Shown: one piece after another, positions 12,024-25,906 of the stretch | How the letters are laid out: each line of letters opens with the position of its first letter | Position numbering within the stretch: position 1 is the first letter of the stretch | Assembly: GCA_951406725.2 (NCBI GenBank) | Contig: OX597815.1 | Location: 205,902,001 to 205,966,000, forward strand | From: Octopus vulgaris | Lineage: Eukaryota | Reading direction: 5' to 3' | Length of the DNA stretch: 64,000 bases | Position numbers and translations under genes: made by a program | Notes under the pieces: model-generated | The model's database searches: none | What the model was told of the DNA's origin: nothing | The model's input: the letters and a program-made list of their open reading frames with translations, nothing else

Positions 12024-12325
12024 CCCACGCGCATATAGCGTAATGGTTAAAAGCATGGGCTACTAACCCCAAGATTGTGAGCTCAATTCCAGGTAGTGCC
12101 TTGGATAAATAATAATAATAATAATAATAATGATAATAATGATAATAATAATAGTAATAATAATGATATTATCAACAAAACAATACCTATGGAATGAGAA
12201 CCCAGGGTTTGGTTCAAAATTCTACCAGAACGCCTGATGAAGAAGGCTGGAGAGTAAATCAGCCAAAATGTTGTGGTAACAACAAACAAGATGAGGACAC
12301 ATATCTGTCCAAAGTAAATAATGAA
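12024..12325 (+). mobile_element. tRNA-headed SINE with internal (AAT)n and a CTGATGA-containing 3' part
   Basis: A-box tagcgtaatgg, B-box-like gagctcaattcc, (AAT)n at 12107-12170, distinct 3' segment. Confidence 0.6.
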
Positions 12326-13082
12326 AACAATATTAGTCAAGGACTAATATTGTAATTATTTTAACTAATGCGGGAGACAACTCTGAACATATTTTGGTAT
12401 TATTATGATTTCACCAGCCAAGTGTAGACTTTGTCATACTTATTTTAACAGGCATGGGAGACAACTCTAGTTACGTTTTGGTACTATTGTGATTTCGTCA
12501 GCTAAGTATAGACTTCATTATACTTGCCAAAGTAGTGATGAGCAGATAATGAAATAAATTTACAAGATCGACTGTGTGTGAATTGACATCTCCTTCATGA
12601 GACGGGAAGGAGATTAACAAAGTGGAATTGTATCTGTTGCTACATTGAAGGTTGAGCAACTAAACAGAAGTAGTTTAATGTATTAGATGAGGCAGTTTAA
12701 ATTAATGACACAGGATCTTTTTACTGAGTGTATTCTTCATAAATGATGTTTGAACCAAGCAGGGAACTGAAACCAGGTCATTGTTAGAGTGCTTGAAGAT
12801 ATTCTTTATTGTCTTAAGCCTTTAAGGTCAATATAAATAGTTGATACTTTGAGAGAGAGAAAGAGAGAGAGAGAGAGAGAATGTGTGTGTGCGTGTGTGT
12901 GCTTCTGTGTGTGTGTGTATAAGTTATAAGAAAGAAAGAAAGAGAGGAGAAATTAGGCATGTGTAATTGTTTCCATGACACCAATGAGTTACAACCCCAA
13001 ATATTTACCACATGTTCTGAAACAAATACAAAAAAATATGTATACATACACACACACACACACATATATCTGTATCTATCTG

Positions 13083-13117
<35 letters not shown>

Positions 13118-13175
13118 ACATATGTTTGTGCGTGTGTGTGTATGTGTATATATATATATATACACACATACATAC

Positions 13176-13214
<39 letters not shown>

Positions 13215-13218
<4 letters not shown>

Positions 13219-14637
13219 GGAATACCCAAAGAAACTAGAAGTTTGCAAGATCATTTTATTCACTTAGCTTTATATGTTTACTCTTTTATTGCCTTCGGAG
13301 TATTCTCCATGTGAAGCAATGCATCGGTCCAGATGTATTTTCCACTGTTGGAAGCAGTGCTGGAACTCTTGCAAAGTGATGCCTTTTAACACCTCCGTCA
13401 TTTTTTCGTCACCACTTTTACATCTGCAAATTCCATAGCACCAGGTTTTATAACCAGTGTTGACCTTCGAAAAAAAGGTCTGGATCAAATTCCCACCGTT
13501 CTTTCAGTTCATGACATGGATTCATTTGTGACTGCTTTTGATCTTCCGTGAGCAAACGAAGCACAAATTTTGCTGCAACTCTTTGCATTCACAATTCCTC
13601 ACTCAAAACTCATTGGCAGGAGCTCCAGGACACACCAGTCCTATCAACAAGTTCATTGATTGTTTGGTGATGGTCCTCCAAGATCAGTTACTCTTTACTC
13701 TTTTACTTGTTTCAGTCATTTGACTGCAGCCATGCTGGAGCACCGCCTTTAATTGAGCAACTCGACCCCGGGACTTATTCTTTTGTAAGCCCAGTACTAA
13801 TTCTTTCGGTCTCTTTTGCCGAACCGCTAAGTAACGGGGACATAAACACACCAGCATCGGTTGTCAAGCAATGCTAGGGGGACAAACACACAAACACATA
13901 CACACACACGCATATATATATATATATACATATATACAACGGGCTTCTTTTCAGTTTCCGTCTACCAAATCCACTCACAAGGCTTTGGTCAGCCCGAGGC
14001 TATAGTAGAAGACACTTGCCCAAGGTGCCATGCAGTGGGACTGAACCCGGAACCATGTGGTTGGTAAACAAGCTACTTACCACACCATGATGTTTTCATT
14101 TGTTTGGGAGGTTAACAGATACCCTGAACAAGGAGGGTCTTCAAGCGACAAAAGTCCATTCCTAAAGCGTGTAAACTTGTGTTTTGCTCATGGCAATATC
14201 CTTGTAAGCTGTTAGAGAAGCAAAAGTCGGTGGGCGCTTTCATCTTCTCCCATCCTTATCATCTTTGTATCGTTATCATTCATCTCATTAACGTCTGTAT
14301 CCAGCCCACAAGCTTCCTTACTCTGTGTGCTGCCCCAATGGCAAATTTAATAAAATATAGAAGCATGGCAACTGTTTCAACCACCGTTTCCCTCAGCAGT
14401 GAACAGAATTTCACGGAAGCATGCTGTTCCTTTGTTTCAGCCATCGCAAAAATCGACAAACAGGGGAGAAGCACTGCAAAACAAAGCATGCACCACATGG
14501 CAGTAGGACTACACTTGATGCCGCTGGTCAGCATACTAATGTTTTTAGGTCATATAAAGTGGCTTCTAGCAGTGGAGGCCTGAACAGCAACAGGGTTGTC
14601 CCACAGAGAACGTTTCCAGTTACTTTTGGGTACCCCC

Positions 14638-14640
<3 letters not shown>
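13215..14640 (-). mobile_element. Mariner fossil with nested SINE A (13690-14086, minus)
   Basis: TIRs tgagggaatacccaaagaaactagaa / ttccagttacttttgggtaccccctca. Minus-strand remnant LKGITLQEFQHCFQQWKIHLDRCIASHGEYSEG is a mariner C-terminus. Confidence 0.85.
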
Positions 14641-14674
<34 letters not shown>

Positions 14675-14990
14675 TTAACGTCTACTTTCCATGCTAGCAT
14701 GGGTTGGACGATTTGACTGAGAACTGGCAAACCAGATGGCTGCACCAAGCTCCAATCTTGATCCGGCAGAGTTTCTACAGCTGGATGCCCTTCCTAACTC
14801 CAATCACTCCGAGAGTGTAGTGGGTGCTTTTTACGTGCCACCGGCACGAGGGCCAGTCAGGCAGTACTGGCAACGACCTCACTCGAATGTTTTTACATGT
14901 GCCACTGGCACAAGTGCCAGTAAGGCGACGCTGGTAATGATCACGCTTGAATGGTGCCTTTTACGTGCCACCAGCACGGAAGCTCGTTAG
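14641..14990 (-). mobile_element. RTE 3' end copy (family C)
   Basis: (CAT)n-ttaacgtc...ctggatgcccttcctaac signature. Confidence 0.85.
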
Positions 14991-15782
14991 CCGTAAATAT
15001 ATAAAGAGTAAGAGACAAAGAGAATATAAGGTAATATAATTATATATCTGTATGTGTTTGTATATATGTGTGTGTCTGTGTATATCTGTGTTCATGCCTG
15101 GCTTTACATTCACCAGTGTAAAGTGGTGTGTTGCACTGTGTCCCTTTATGTTAATATATAGCATACTCGGTGTATAGGGCTGATTCAAATAAGTACTGGA
15201 TTCTATACGACTGGCTAAAAACTCTCTTCAAGAGATTTTAGTCAAACATATAGATTTTGGCTGCAGTCTAGTAACTGAAACCAGTAAAAGAATCAAAGAA
15301 TTTATCTGAAACTCTGGTATCTTTAATATCTATGTTTTGAAGCAGGTTAAAGAGTATAGCGAAATGGTTTTATGTTTAGCAATCTCTATGGCTTTTTGTT
15401 TTAACAATCTGCATAGTCTTATTTATTTTACCATGAAAATTTTGCTACTTTGTCTTTTGGGGGTTAAAGTGTTTCTCAGGCATTTTGGTATTAGATGTTT
15501 TTTTGTTTTCCTTTCATTTATTTAAGACACTTACAGTGATAGATAAAATCTGAACGCTTTCATTAAGATTTGCTCCGTTAAAAAAAGAAATATAAAAAGA
15601 ACTGTAGAAAGACTACAGCTGTTCAAACAGTGCTGACTGTAACAGACACAAGGAAATTTCCTTTAAACAGCAACAGAAAAGATGTGACTGAAACAAAGAT
15701 CACAAATATTATGGCATGATAGTTAAATTTCCTTTCAGCACACCTGATGTAATTCATCATCAAAATCAGATAAAATTTTGTT

Positions 15783-15820
15783 CGTGTGTGTGTGAATATA
15801 TTTGTATATCCATCTATGTA

Positions 15821-15856
<36 letters not shown>

Positions 15857-15879
15857 ATATTTGTATATCCATCTATGTA

Positions 15880-15957
<78 letters not shown>

Positions 15958-16027
15958 ATATTTGTATATCCATCTATGTAATATATGTGTGTGTGTGTGT
16001 GAATATATTTGTATATCCATCTATGTA

Positions 16028-16063
<36 letters not shown>

Positions 16064-16180
16064 ATATTTGTATATCCATCTATGTAATATATGTGTGTGT
16101 GTGAATATATTTGTATATCCATCTATGTAATATATGTGTGTGTGTGTGTGTGTGAATATATTTGTATATCCATCTATGTA

Positions 16181-16226
<46 letters not shown>

Positions 16227-16249
16227 ATATTTGTATATCAATCTATGTA

Positions 16250-16297
<48 letters not shown>

Positions 16298-16382
16298 ATA
16301 TTTGTATATCCATCTATGTAATATATGTGTGTGTGTGAATATATTTGTATATCCATCTATGTAAAATATGTGTGTGTGTGTG
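15783..16382. repeat. Compound minisatellite: constant ~33-bp core plus variable (GT)n, 10 units
   Basis: gaatatatttgtatatccatctatgtaatatat recurs at about 15793, 15853, 15954, 16001, 16060, 16103, 16154, 16223, 16294 and 16337. Confidence 0.95.
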
Positions 16383-16589
16383 TTGGTACATGTATGTGTG
16401 CATGTTTTGTTAATATTTTACTAATGCTTTTCTGTACTGGCATGGGTTGGATAGGTATTTCTAAGGTGATGAATAAAATACAACTAGATGCCCTTCCTGT
16501 GACCAGCACTTATGTTGTTTTTCACTACACATAATGACATGGTGCAACTATTCTATTAAGAATACACACACAAACACACACACATTCAT

Positions 16590-16860
16590 TCATCATCATC
16601 ATCATCGTTTAACGTCCGCTTTCCATGCTAGCATGGGTTGGACGATTTTGACTGAGGGCTGGCGAGCCAGATGGCTGCACCAGGCTCCAATCTTGATCTG
16701 GCAGAGTTTCTACAGCTAGATGCCCTTCGTAACGCCAACCACTCCGAGAGTGTAGTGGATGCTTTTCACGTGCCACCGGCATGGGGGCCAGTCAGGCGGC
16801 ACTGACAACGACCTCGCTCGAATCTTTTTACACGTGCCACCAGCACAGGTGCCAGTGAAG
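16590..16860 (-). mobile_element. RTE 3' end copy (family C)
   Basis: Family C signature. Confidence 0.85.
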
Positions 16861-17269
16861 CAGGCAGTTTAAAAATAAACTAGCACATCATCGGAATCTG
16901 AAAGCTATGAGATAAACCATGATTGAACAATGTGAAGGACTTTCACAGAGTAATCTGAATGTCAAAAGGTCGAGTGAAATGGTGATGCTATTGACCCTCT
17001 TTAATGACATTACAACCACTTGCTCTACGCTTTCAAAGACCTCTAGAATGAATAAAACTCTTACTTGGTAAACAAGTAAGGGTTGGCTGTGGGAAAAGCA
17101 TCCAGCCATGAAAATCCTGCCTGAAATAACTTTTTATCATACCTATACATGCATGAAGGAAATAATTGATCATAGGAACAATATGTGGGACGGAACAATT
17201 TTACTTTCTTTGATACTCAGCTCTACTTTACCTTTCTCTCTTTACAAAAATGGTGACCTTGATAGAACT

Positions 17270-17665
17270 TGTGGCATGAAAAAGGGATTCTGTGGTAAGA
17301 AGCTTGCTTCCCAACCACATGGTTCCAGGTTCAGTTCCACTACATGAGACCTTGGGCGAGTGTCTTCTACTATAGTCTTGGGTTGACCAAGGCCTTGTGA
17401 GTGGATTTGGTAGCCAGAAACTGAAAGAAGCATGTTGCATATGTGTGTGTGTGTGTGTGTGTCCCACCACCACTTTGCAAATGGTGTTGGGGTGTTTACA
17501 TCCCTGTAACTTAGCAGTTCAGCAAAAGTGACCAATAGAATAAGTACCAGGCTTTGAAGGAAAAACACTCTGGGCTCAGTTCATTGAACTAAAATTCTTC
17601 AAGGCAATGCTCCAGCATGGCTGCAGTCTAATGACTGAAGCAGGTAAAAGAATAAAATAAAAGAA
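17270..17665 (+). mobile_element. Older, diverged SINE family A copy
   Basis: Degenerate head, body and tail of family A. Confidence 0.8.
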
Positions 17666-18404
17666 TATACACTGTAAAGGGGTTGGCATTAGGAAGGGCA
17701 TCCAGCTGTAGAAACCATGCCAAAGCAGACACTAGAGTATGATACAGTCTTTGACTCACTAGATCCTTGTCAAACTGTCAAACCCACGTGAAATAGACAT
17801 TAAATGACAACAATGATGATGATGATGATGCTAATGTGTGTGTGTGTGTGTGAGTATTTATAGATATTTGATTGACTCACCAATTGATTTGGATGTATGA
17901 GCATTTATTTGTCAATCAACTGGAAAACCTTCTCATTGAATTAGCATACAAAGTAGCTGATATCCCATAGATATGTGTATCCTTAACATAATTTTTAGGT
18001 AGAATCAATGGTGACTAAGTTTGGCTTTTGAATTACCAATACAATTCACTGATGTACTTCAACACAGCTTCCATCAACTAAGTGCTATGACAAAGGCACT
18101 TGTCTATGAATGCCATACAATGGGATTGAACCTGGGCACTTCATTGTTACAAAGAAAATTAATTATTGTATTTTAATGTGTATAAGGAACCCTTGTGTGT
18201 AAGGAACCCCCTAATTTGGAGATTTGATGTTCGAGGAATTAAGTAATTTATTGATATCTATAATACTGTCCATGTATAAGAAACTCCCATATTTTTTTAA
18301 CCTAATTTTTGACAAAAAAAGGGTCCCTTATACATGTTAAAATAGGTTATCCCTCAGCCTGCCTACTATTACACACACACACAAACACACACACACACAC
18401 ACAC

Positions 18405-18700
18405 ATCATCATCGTTTAACATCTGCTTTCCATGCTAGCATGGGTTGGACGATTTGACTGAGGACTGGCGAACCAGATGGCTGCACCAGGCTCCAATCTT
18501 GATCTGGCAGAGTTTCTACAGCTGGATGCCTTTCCTAATGCCAACCACTACGAGAGTGTAGTGGGTGCTTTTTATGTGCCACCGGCATGAGGGTCAGTCA
18601 GGTGGTACTGGCAACGGCCACACTCTAATGGTGTTTTTTACGTGCCACCTGCACAGGAGCCAGTTCAGCAGCACTGGCAATGACCTCACTTGAATGTTTT
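18405..18700 (-). mobile_element. RTE 3' end copy (family C)
   Basis: Family C signature. Confidence 0.85.
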
Positions 18701-19033
18701 ACACACACATATTGGAACAGTGGATCTCGATGCACATGAAGCTATAAATTACAGCATGTAAATAATAGGGTGAGAAAACCATTTTAAATAGTAAAAAGTA
18801 GAAAGCCTGCTATGTTTACAGATGTGATGTGGTTTTGTGGCTTGTGAGCAGCATTCAACTTTTTCTGACTAAAAGCATTTTTCACTTCTTCAACTCAACA
18901 TTTATATGCTATTATTTATAACTTTATGCGCTTCAAGATCCACTGTTCAGAAGAAAAGAAGAAAAGAAAAAAAAAGAATTATTTCATATTCTCTGGTAAG
19001 TTTAAAAATTCTTTTGACATCAGCAATACAATA

Positions 19034-19614
19034 CAAGGTGGGCCAAAATCATGCACAAAGCAAATTCACTATGTTCTGGAATTGTGAAAATCGTGCTTCA
19101 GTTTTTCTAAAGTGACTGAAATAACGATGAACACACATGTGCTTGTACATGATAAACAGAATGAATAATGATAATAATCTCTCTCTATATAAACGGCAGT
19201 TTGTCTGTCTGCGTGTCTGTGTGTCTGTTTGCTTGTACCCTCACCCTGACCACGGCTTTCAACCGATTCTGATGAAACTTGACACACACATAGCCCAATG
19301 TCATAATTCAAAACTAACGCAGCGAAAATTTTGAAAAGTTCCCCCAGTTCTGAAAAAAATCGATAAATTCGACATGGGGTCGAGAATCAGAAACACAAAC
19401 CACAGACTGTCTAGGGGACGCAACTCGACCTTTTTAACTCTCAAAAAAATTTACCATAATTTTTTTCCATATTTTTGCTATTTTTTTTACTATAACTCTC
19501 TAAAAATGCTTTATAGTTATTTCCCTTACAAACCCGAGCAACGCCGGGCGATACTGCTAGTGTAATATAAATAGAATGTCAACTGTTTTGGTGCATGACT
19601 TTTGGCTCACCCTG
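19034..19614. mobile_element. Tc1/mariner-type MITE hosting a Helitron
   Basis: TA|caaggtgggccaaaatcatgcac ... gtgcatgacttttggctcaccctg|TA. Confidence 0.75.
19178..19560 (+). mobile_element. Non-autonomous Helitron
   Basis: A|TCtctctctatataaacggcag ... cccgagcaacgccgggcgatactgCTAG|T; near-identical inverted copy at 55697-56079. Confidence 0.9.
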
Positions 19615-19968
19615 TACATGTGTGTGTGTGTGTGTGTTTGTGTGTGTGTGTACATGCATGTTTGAAAATATACACACTCACAAATGTTGCTTGTTGTAAC
19701 CATATTTACGGAGTGGTTGGCGTTAGGAAGGGCATCCAGCTGTAGAAACATTGCCAGATTAGACTGGAGCCTGGTGCAGCCTTCTGGCTTCCCAGAACCC
19801 TGGTCGAACCGTCCAACCCATGCTAGCATGGAGAACGGACGTTAAACGACGATGATGATGATGATGATGATATTTAGAAAACAAGGTAAAAATAGTCAAG
19901 AAAATGCTCTGCATGATAACCGAGATACACAACAATGTCATGTCTTTTATGGTATTCAATTTCTAGAG

Positions 19969-20187
19969 CAGTGGTTTTCAACCAGGGTTCCGCGGAACCT
20001 TAGGGTTCCACCACTACAGTCCAGGGGTTCCGCAAGAAGTTACAAAACTGCTAAAATCGGCAGTAATTTTTAATTCTCCTGTGCAGATATGTGTGCATAA
20101 GACTATTAAATTATTGCACAGGGGTTCCTCGAGCCAGTGGAATGTTTCCTTGGGGTTCCGCTCCAGCAAAAAGTTTGAAAAGCACTG
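19969..20187. mobile_element. hAT (Charlie-like) MITE, 219 bp
   Basis: Same TIRs as 2866-3084; 8-bp TSD TTCTAGAG. Confidence 0.9.
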
Positions 20188-21622
20188 TTCTAGAGTGTCA
20201 CTTATAATAACTTAGCTAGAAACAATCAGATACAGTCAGACTATTATCCACCAACAATAGCTATTACAAAGCCAACGTGGGTGGGTGTGTCAACATGGTC
20301 ATACGACTTGCTAGAACTAGCAGCCAAATCTCCTTAAAAGTCGCAATGAAAAAAAAAGGAGGATACATTTGGATAATGTAGTATCAGATATACTATACTT
20401 TTTTTTTATCTTATGTTCGCACCATCAGAACTGATCTGGGGGTTAAATAACATCAGTAGCAATTATGACAAAAGCCAACAGCAACAATATACCCTTTCTT
20501 TAATTCATATAATTCTTCCTCACCATCTCTCCACTGTGATAAATATTTATATCAGCATAATGCTTTCATGCTATTTATATTTCACCTAGCTTCCTGTTGG
20601 CAGTCATCCCACACAACCTTCAGTGACATTCAAATTTTGATCATTTTTTTCCTGTTTTTACGACTTGCTGGTCTAGTTAAGTTATTTTGTACTTCACTGT
20701 ACTCATTGTGACAGCTTTTGGCAGCTTGCTTGTTGACACTGTATTGGAACCACTTGAATCATGATTAAACAGATAATAATTTATAATGAGCTTTTTCAGC
20801 TAGAGGAAACCTGGTGCAAATTCTGTCAAATGGATTAAGTTTTATCTCAGTCATTGACTCATTTGTATCAAAGCCAGTCTCTCTGCCCAACCCTCGCATT
20901 CCAAACATCTTTCTGAAGAAACTCTCCCATACTGCCTTCAGCCCACATCCTACAGTTGCAATGAAATATTGTCTGTCTCAGATTTTAAATGTGTCCCCAG
21001 CTTTTAAAAAAAAAATGTGTCTTTAATAAACTGCTTAGCAACTTGTCTAAACAGTTGCTGTAAATATTTAGGAAAAAAAAAAAAAGAAAGACTAAAATTT
21101 TTTAAAAAGTTATAAATTTCTTTCTCACAATACTAAAGTCTAAACCAGGTTATTTTTCAAACTAGTTTTGTTATGCTTTATTATATTGTATTTGTTTCTT
21201 TGTTTTGGTCATTTATACAGTTCAAAGAACATTAAAGAATTCGTGTGGGAGTTCAGCTGGTTTAGCTGTTTTCATATTTTATTACCAGACTTTGTTTTAG
21301 TAATGAAGCAATATTTCATATAACTGCCAATTACAGATAAAATCGTTCTTTTATTCTGTTTGTGTGCAATAAACAGGGTATGTCTATATCACTTAATCTA
21401 GAAATTTTTCTTTTGATAATTATTCAATATTAATAACTTTTTATCAAATGAGGTTTTTCTTCATTAGAATTGGATAATAAATATATAATGAAAATGAAAG
21501 TTCTAGAAGGATTTTATGGTGCTGCTATATCTACCTTGTTATTTGCGATCTACTCTAAATGACAATACACTCTACCAAACAACCCACTTACAGCCTTCAG
21601 CAATTAATTCTAGCCCATTTAG

Positions 21623-22038
21623 TTACTCTTTACTCTTTTACTTGTTTCAGTCATTTGACTGCGGCCATGCTGGAGCACCGCCTTTAGTCAAGCAAATCGA
21701 CCCCGGGACTTATTCTTTGTAAGCCCAGTACTTATTCTATCGGTCTCTTTTGCCGAACCGCTAAGTGACGGGGTCGTAAACACACCAGCATCGGTTGACA
21801 AGCAATGCTAGGGAGACAAACACAGACACACAAACACATACACACACATACATATATATATATATACATATATACGACAGGCTTCTTTCAGTTTCCGTCT
21901 ACCAAATCCACTCACAAGGCATTGGTTGGCCCAGGGCTATAGCAGAAGACACTTGCCCAAGATGCCACGCAGTGGGACTGAACCCGGAACCATGTGGTTG
22001 GTTAGCAAGCTACTTACCACACAGTCACTCCTGCGCCT
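21623..22038 (-). mobile_element. SINE family A
   Basis: Reverse-complement match to family A. Confidence 0.9.
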
Positions 22039-22149
22039 TGTTCACACTAGCACCATACTGGCCAGAGATTTTTACAAAATAATCTTGAGTGAAGATGAAG
22101 TGGTGTCCTATTTGAGAGAGCACAATCTTATTGACCAGGTAGGAAATGT

Positions 22150-22187
22150 ACATCATCATCATCACCACCACCACCACCACCACCACC

Positions 22188-22221
<34 letters not shown>

Positions 22222-22520
22222 TCATCATCGTTTAACGTTCGCTTTCCATGCTAGCATGGGTTGGATGATTTGACTGAGGTCTGACGAACCAGGCTCCAGT
22301 CTTGATCTGGCAGAGTTTCTACGGCTGGATGCCCTTCTAATGCCAACCACTCCGAGAGTGTAGTGGGTGCTTTTACGTGCCACCGGCACGAGGGCCAGTT
22401 TGGTGGTACTGACAATGGCCACGCTCAAATGGTGCTTTTTATGTGCCACCTGCACAGGAGCCAGTCCAGCGGCACTGGAGACGTCCTCGCTCGAATGTCT
22501 TTTTTCACGTGCCACCAGCA
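22150..22520 (-). mobile_element. RTE 3' end copy (family C) with expanded (CAT)/(CAC) tail
   Basis: Family C signature. Appears to split an older coding-like fragment (DFYKIILSEDEVVSYLREHNLIDQVGNVH | PCHKCRTQMQEK). Confidence 0.8.
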
Positions 22521-23029
22521 CATCCTTGTCATAAATGCAGAACACAAATGCAAGAAAAAAGAAAGAGGAATAGAACAGTTGATAGATATCAACAGTTAGT
22601 AGATTTCATACTATAGTAGAAAATTAATAGTAGACATCATACTATATAGTAGAAATGGAAGGTAGAGATCTTACCATAGTAGCACTGATTTTATTCTGAG
22701 GAGAAAGATTGGAAAAATTACCTTTCTTGCCCCAATTTGGACAACAAGGCCCAATGGAATTGGTAAGGGAAACGGAGACAAGTTTTACCCAGAAAATTTA
22801 GATGATGTATTGTATAGTTAGGGAAATGCAGGGAGCAAAATGCTGTATAACAGAAGAGGCAAATGAAACAGGTACTGTGGGTGGGTCAGTGATAAAAGAG
22901 TTTTACAAAAATATTTTTTCTTATCTCAGTTCAACAGCAATTTTCCTTGAGTTGTTCTATCATTAATAAATCTCATAACCGACCACCACTACAGTTAATC
23001 TCAAGAAAGATTGGTAAAGATAAATTGGT

Positions 23030-23455
23030 AACTCTTTTACTCTTTTACTTGTTTCAGTCATTTGACTGCGGCCATGCTGGAGCACCGCCTTTAGTCGAGG
23101 AAATCGACCCTGGGACTTATTCTTTTGTAAGCCCAGTACTTATTCTATCGGTCTCTTTTGCCAAACTGCTAAGTGACGGGGATGTAAACACACCAGCATC
23201 GGTTGTCTAGCAATGCTAGGGGGACAAACACAGACACACAAACACCCACACACACACAAACACAGACACATACACATATATATATACATATATACGACAG
23301 GCTTCTTTCAGTTTCCGTCTACCAAATCCACTCACAAGGCATTGGTCGGCCCGGGGCTATATCAGAAGACACTTGCCCAAGATGCCACACAGTGGGACTG
23401 AACCCGGAACCATGTGGTTGGTTAGCAAGCTACTTACCACACAGCCACTCCTGCC
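23030..23455 (-). mobile_element. SINE family A
   Basis: Reverse-complement match to family A. Confidence 0.9.
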
Positions 23456-23942
23456 ATTATTTCTAAAACTAGAGGAAAACGATTCATGAAAAGTAAGTTG
23501 AAGTTGCAAGTGACTAATAACGTAGTTCAGTTTGTTTGAATATGAAGTAAAGTTTAAGTAAACTTATAAGGTTGAAAATAGCATTAGTTTTGTAGAAAAG
23601 CTTTTAAAATGTTTCAACTCATGGGATAGCGGACAAGCAACTGAGATAGATAGAGCAAATTTATTCTGCAAACAACAATGAAGCCATGCTATCATGAATA
23701 AATAGGTGTAAACCGATAAATAAAAATAACAATGGTTTCATTTAAATGTTTCCATGTCAATATCGGTTGAACTGGTTTTGTGTATTTTCAACTATTTATG
23801 TTATCGCCCAATTCTTTTGTAACATCTCGGTCTATTGGAGAAGACAGAGCTTTTGAGTTTAACTGCACAAAACCTTGACATTGATAGAAAGAAAAACTGT
23901 GTGGAAGCCTGTTTAATTGTATCCGATTTAACTACCACTCCT

Positions 23943-23957
23943 TACACACACACACAT

Positions 23958-24001
<44 letters not shown>

Positions 24002-24170
24002 ACACACAGACACACACTCACACGGACACACACACACAGACACAGGCACACAGACACACACACACAGACACACACACACACAGACACACTCACACAGACA
24101 CACACACACACGGACACACACACAAAGACACACACATACAGACACACACACAGACACACAGACACACATG
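23943..24170. repeat. (CA)n/(CAGA) compound microsatellite
   Basis: Seen directly. Confidence 0.95.
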
Positions 24171-24621
24171 CATGAATGCAAGTATGACTTGTCTGTTCTT
24201 GTCAAACCATCCAACCTATGCCAGCAAGAAAAAGGGGACATTAAATGATGATGTTGATGATATCATCATCATCATCATTATCATCATCTTCATCATTTGA
24301 CTGCTGTTTTCCATGCTGGCATGGGTTAGAGACAGTCTGACCGGGACTGGTAAGCTGGAGAGCTGCATCAGGTTCCAGTCATCTACCTTGGCTTGGTTTC
24401 TATGGCTGGATGCCCTTCCTGATGCCAACCACTTTACAGAGTGTACTGAGTGGTTTTTACATGTCACTGGCACGAGTGCCTTTTACGTGTCACTGGCACG
24501 AGTGCCTTTAACGTGTCACTGGCACGAGTGCCTTTTATGTTTGACTAACACTGGCAGTGAACATGAGTCACTTAGCATATAATGATAATCATTTAACAAC
24601 GACCACTATTCACTGTACATA

Positions 24622-24836
24622 TACTCTTTTACTTGTTTTAGTCATTTGACTGTGGCCATGCTGGAGCACCGCCTTTAGTTGGACAAATCAACCCCAGGAC
24701 TTATTCTTTGTAAGCCTAGTACTTATTCTATCGGTCTCTTTTGCCGAACTGCTAAGTTACTGGGACGTAAACACACCAGCATCAGTTGTCATGCGATGTT
24801 GGAGGGACAAACATATACACACACATAAATATATAT

Positions 24837-24878
<42 letters not shown>

Positions 24879-25032
24879 GTATACGACGGGCTTCTTTCAG
24901 TTTTTGTCTACCAAATCCACTCACAAGGCATTGGTCGGCCCGAGGCTATAGTAGAAGACACTTGCCCAAGGTGCCATGCAGTGGGACTGAACCCGGAACC
25001 ATGTAGTTGGTAAGCAAGCTACTTACCACACC
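24622..25032 (-). mobile_element. SINE family A
   Basis: Reverse-complement match to family A. Confidence 0.85.
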
Positions 25033-25615
25033 ATAATCATCATTTAACTTCTTATGTTCCATGCTGGCATGAGCTGGATGGTTTGACTTGGATCCAATGG
25101 TTTCAAGGACTGCATCATACTCCAGTGTCTACTTTGGCATTGTTTCCTAACGCCAACGACTTTACAGTATATACGAGGTGGTTGCCTTTCTTTTGTGCCA
25201 CCAGCTCTATTGCAGTCATTATGCAGAGAGACTTTATGCCAAAAGATGAGAGGAGGGGCAAGAGCAGATTCTTATTGAGGAGCTCCTTGACTACTCACAT
25301 TTAGAAGAGGGAGTGAAAAAGATCAGTAGGAGCAGCAAAGAGATAAATAGTGGTGATGTGGTGTCCAGGTGGACCCTAAAACTATGAAGTGAGTAGAAGT
25401 GATAGTAGCACATAAAAAGCATTCAGTAATCTCTGTGGAGTGGTTAATGGAGGTAGGGCATCCAGCTCTAGAAACCAAGCCAAAACAAACTATGGAACCT
25501 GATGTGGCGTCAGGCTTTACCAGTTTCTGTCAAGCCCCCAAATCCATGCCAGCTGGGAAAACGAACGTTAAATGATGATGACACACACACACACACACTT
25601 AAATAAAGACATAAA

Positions 25616-25658
<43 letters not shown>

Positions 25659-25790
25659 AGATAATGGTGTCATTGAGACCCAAAGGTGTCAGGTATTGCT
25701 GAATAAGTGCTATAGACAGACCATAGTTAAGTTCCAGATTCGGTAATATTGTGAATAAAGGGTTCAATGTTGGTTCTATGTCAGCGTGTG

Positions 25791-25906
25791 TATATAAGAA
25801 ATTTTGTGTAATAAGATAAAAAAAACCAAGGCTGTGTAGATATTAGAGTACGCTCTAATATCTACACAGCCTTGGTTTTTTTATCTTATTACGCAAAGAT
25901 TCTTAC

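Noticed and set aside
15783-16382. CRISPR array
   Set aside because: The spacers are only (GT)n, there are no cas genes, and the context is a eukaryotic intron.
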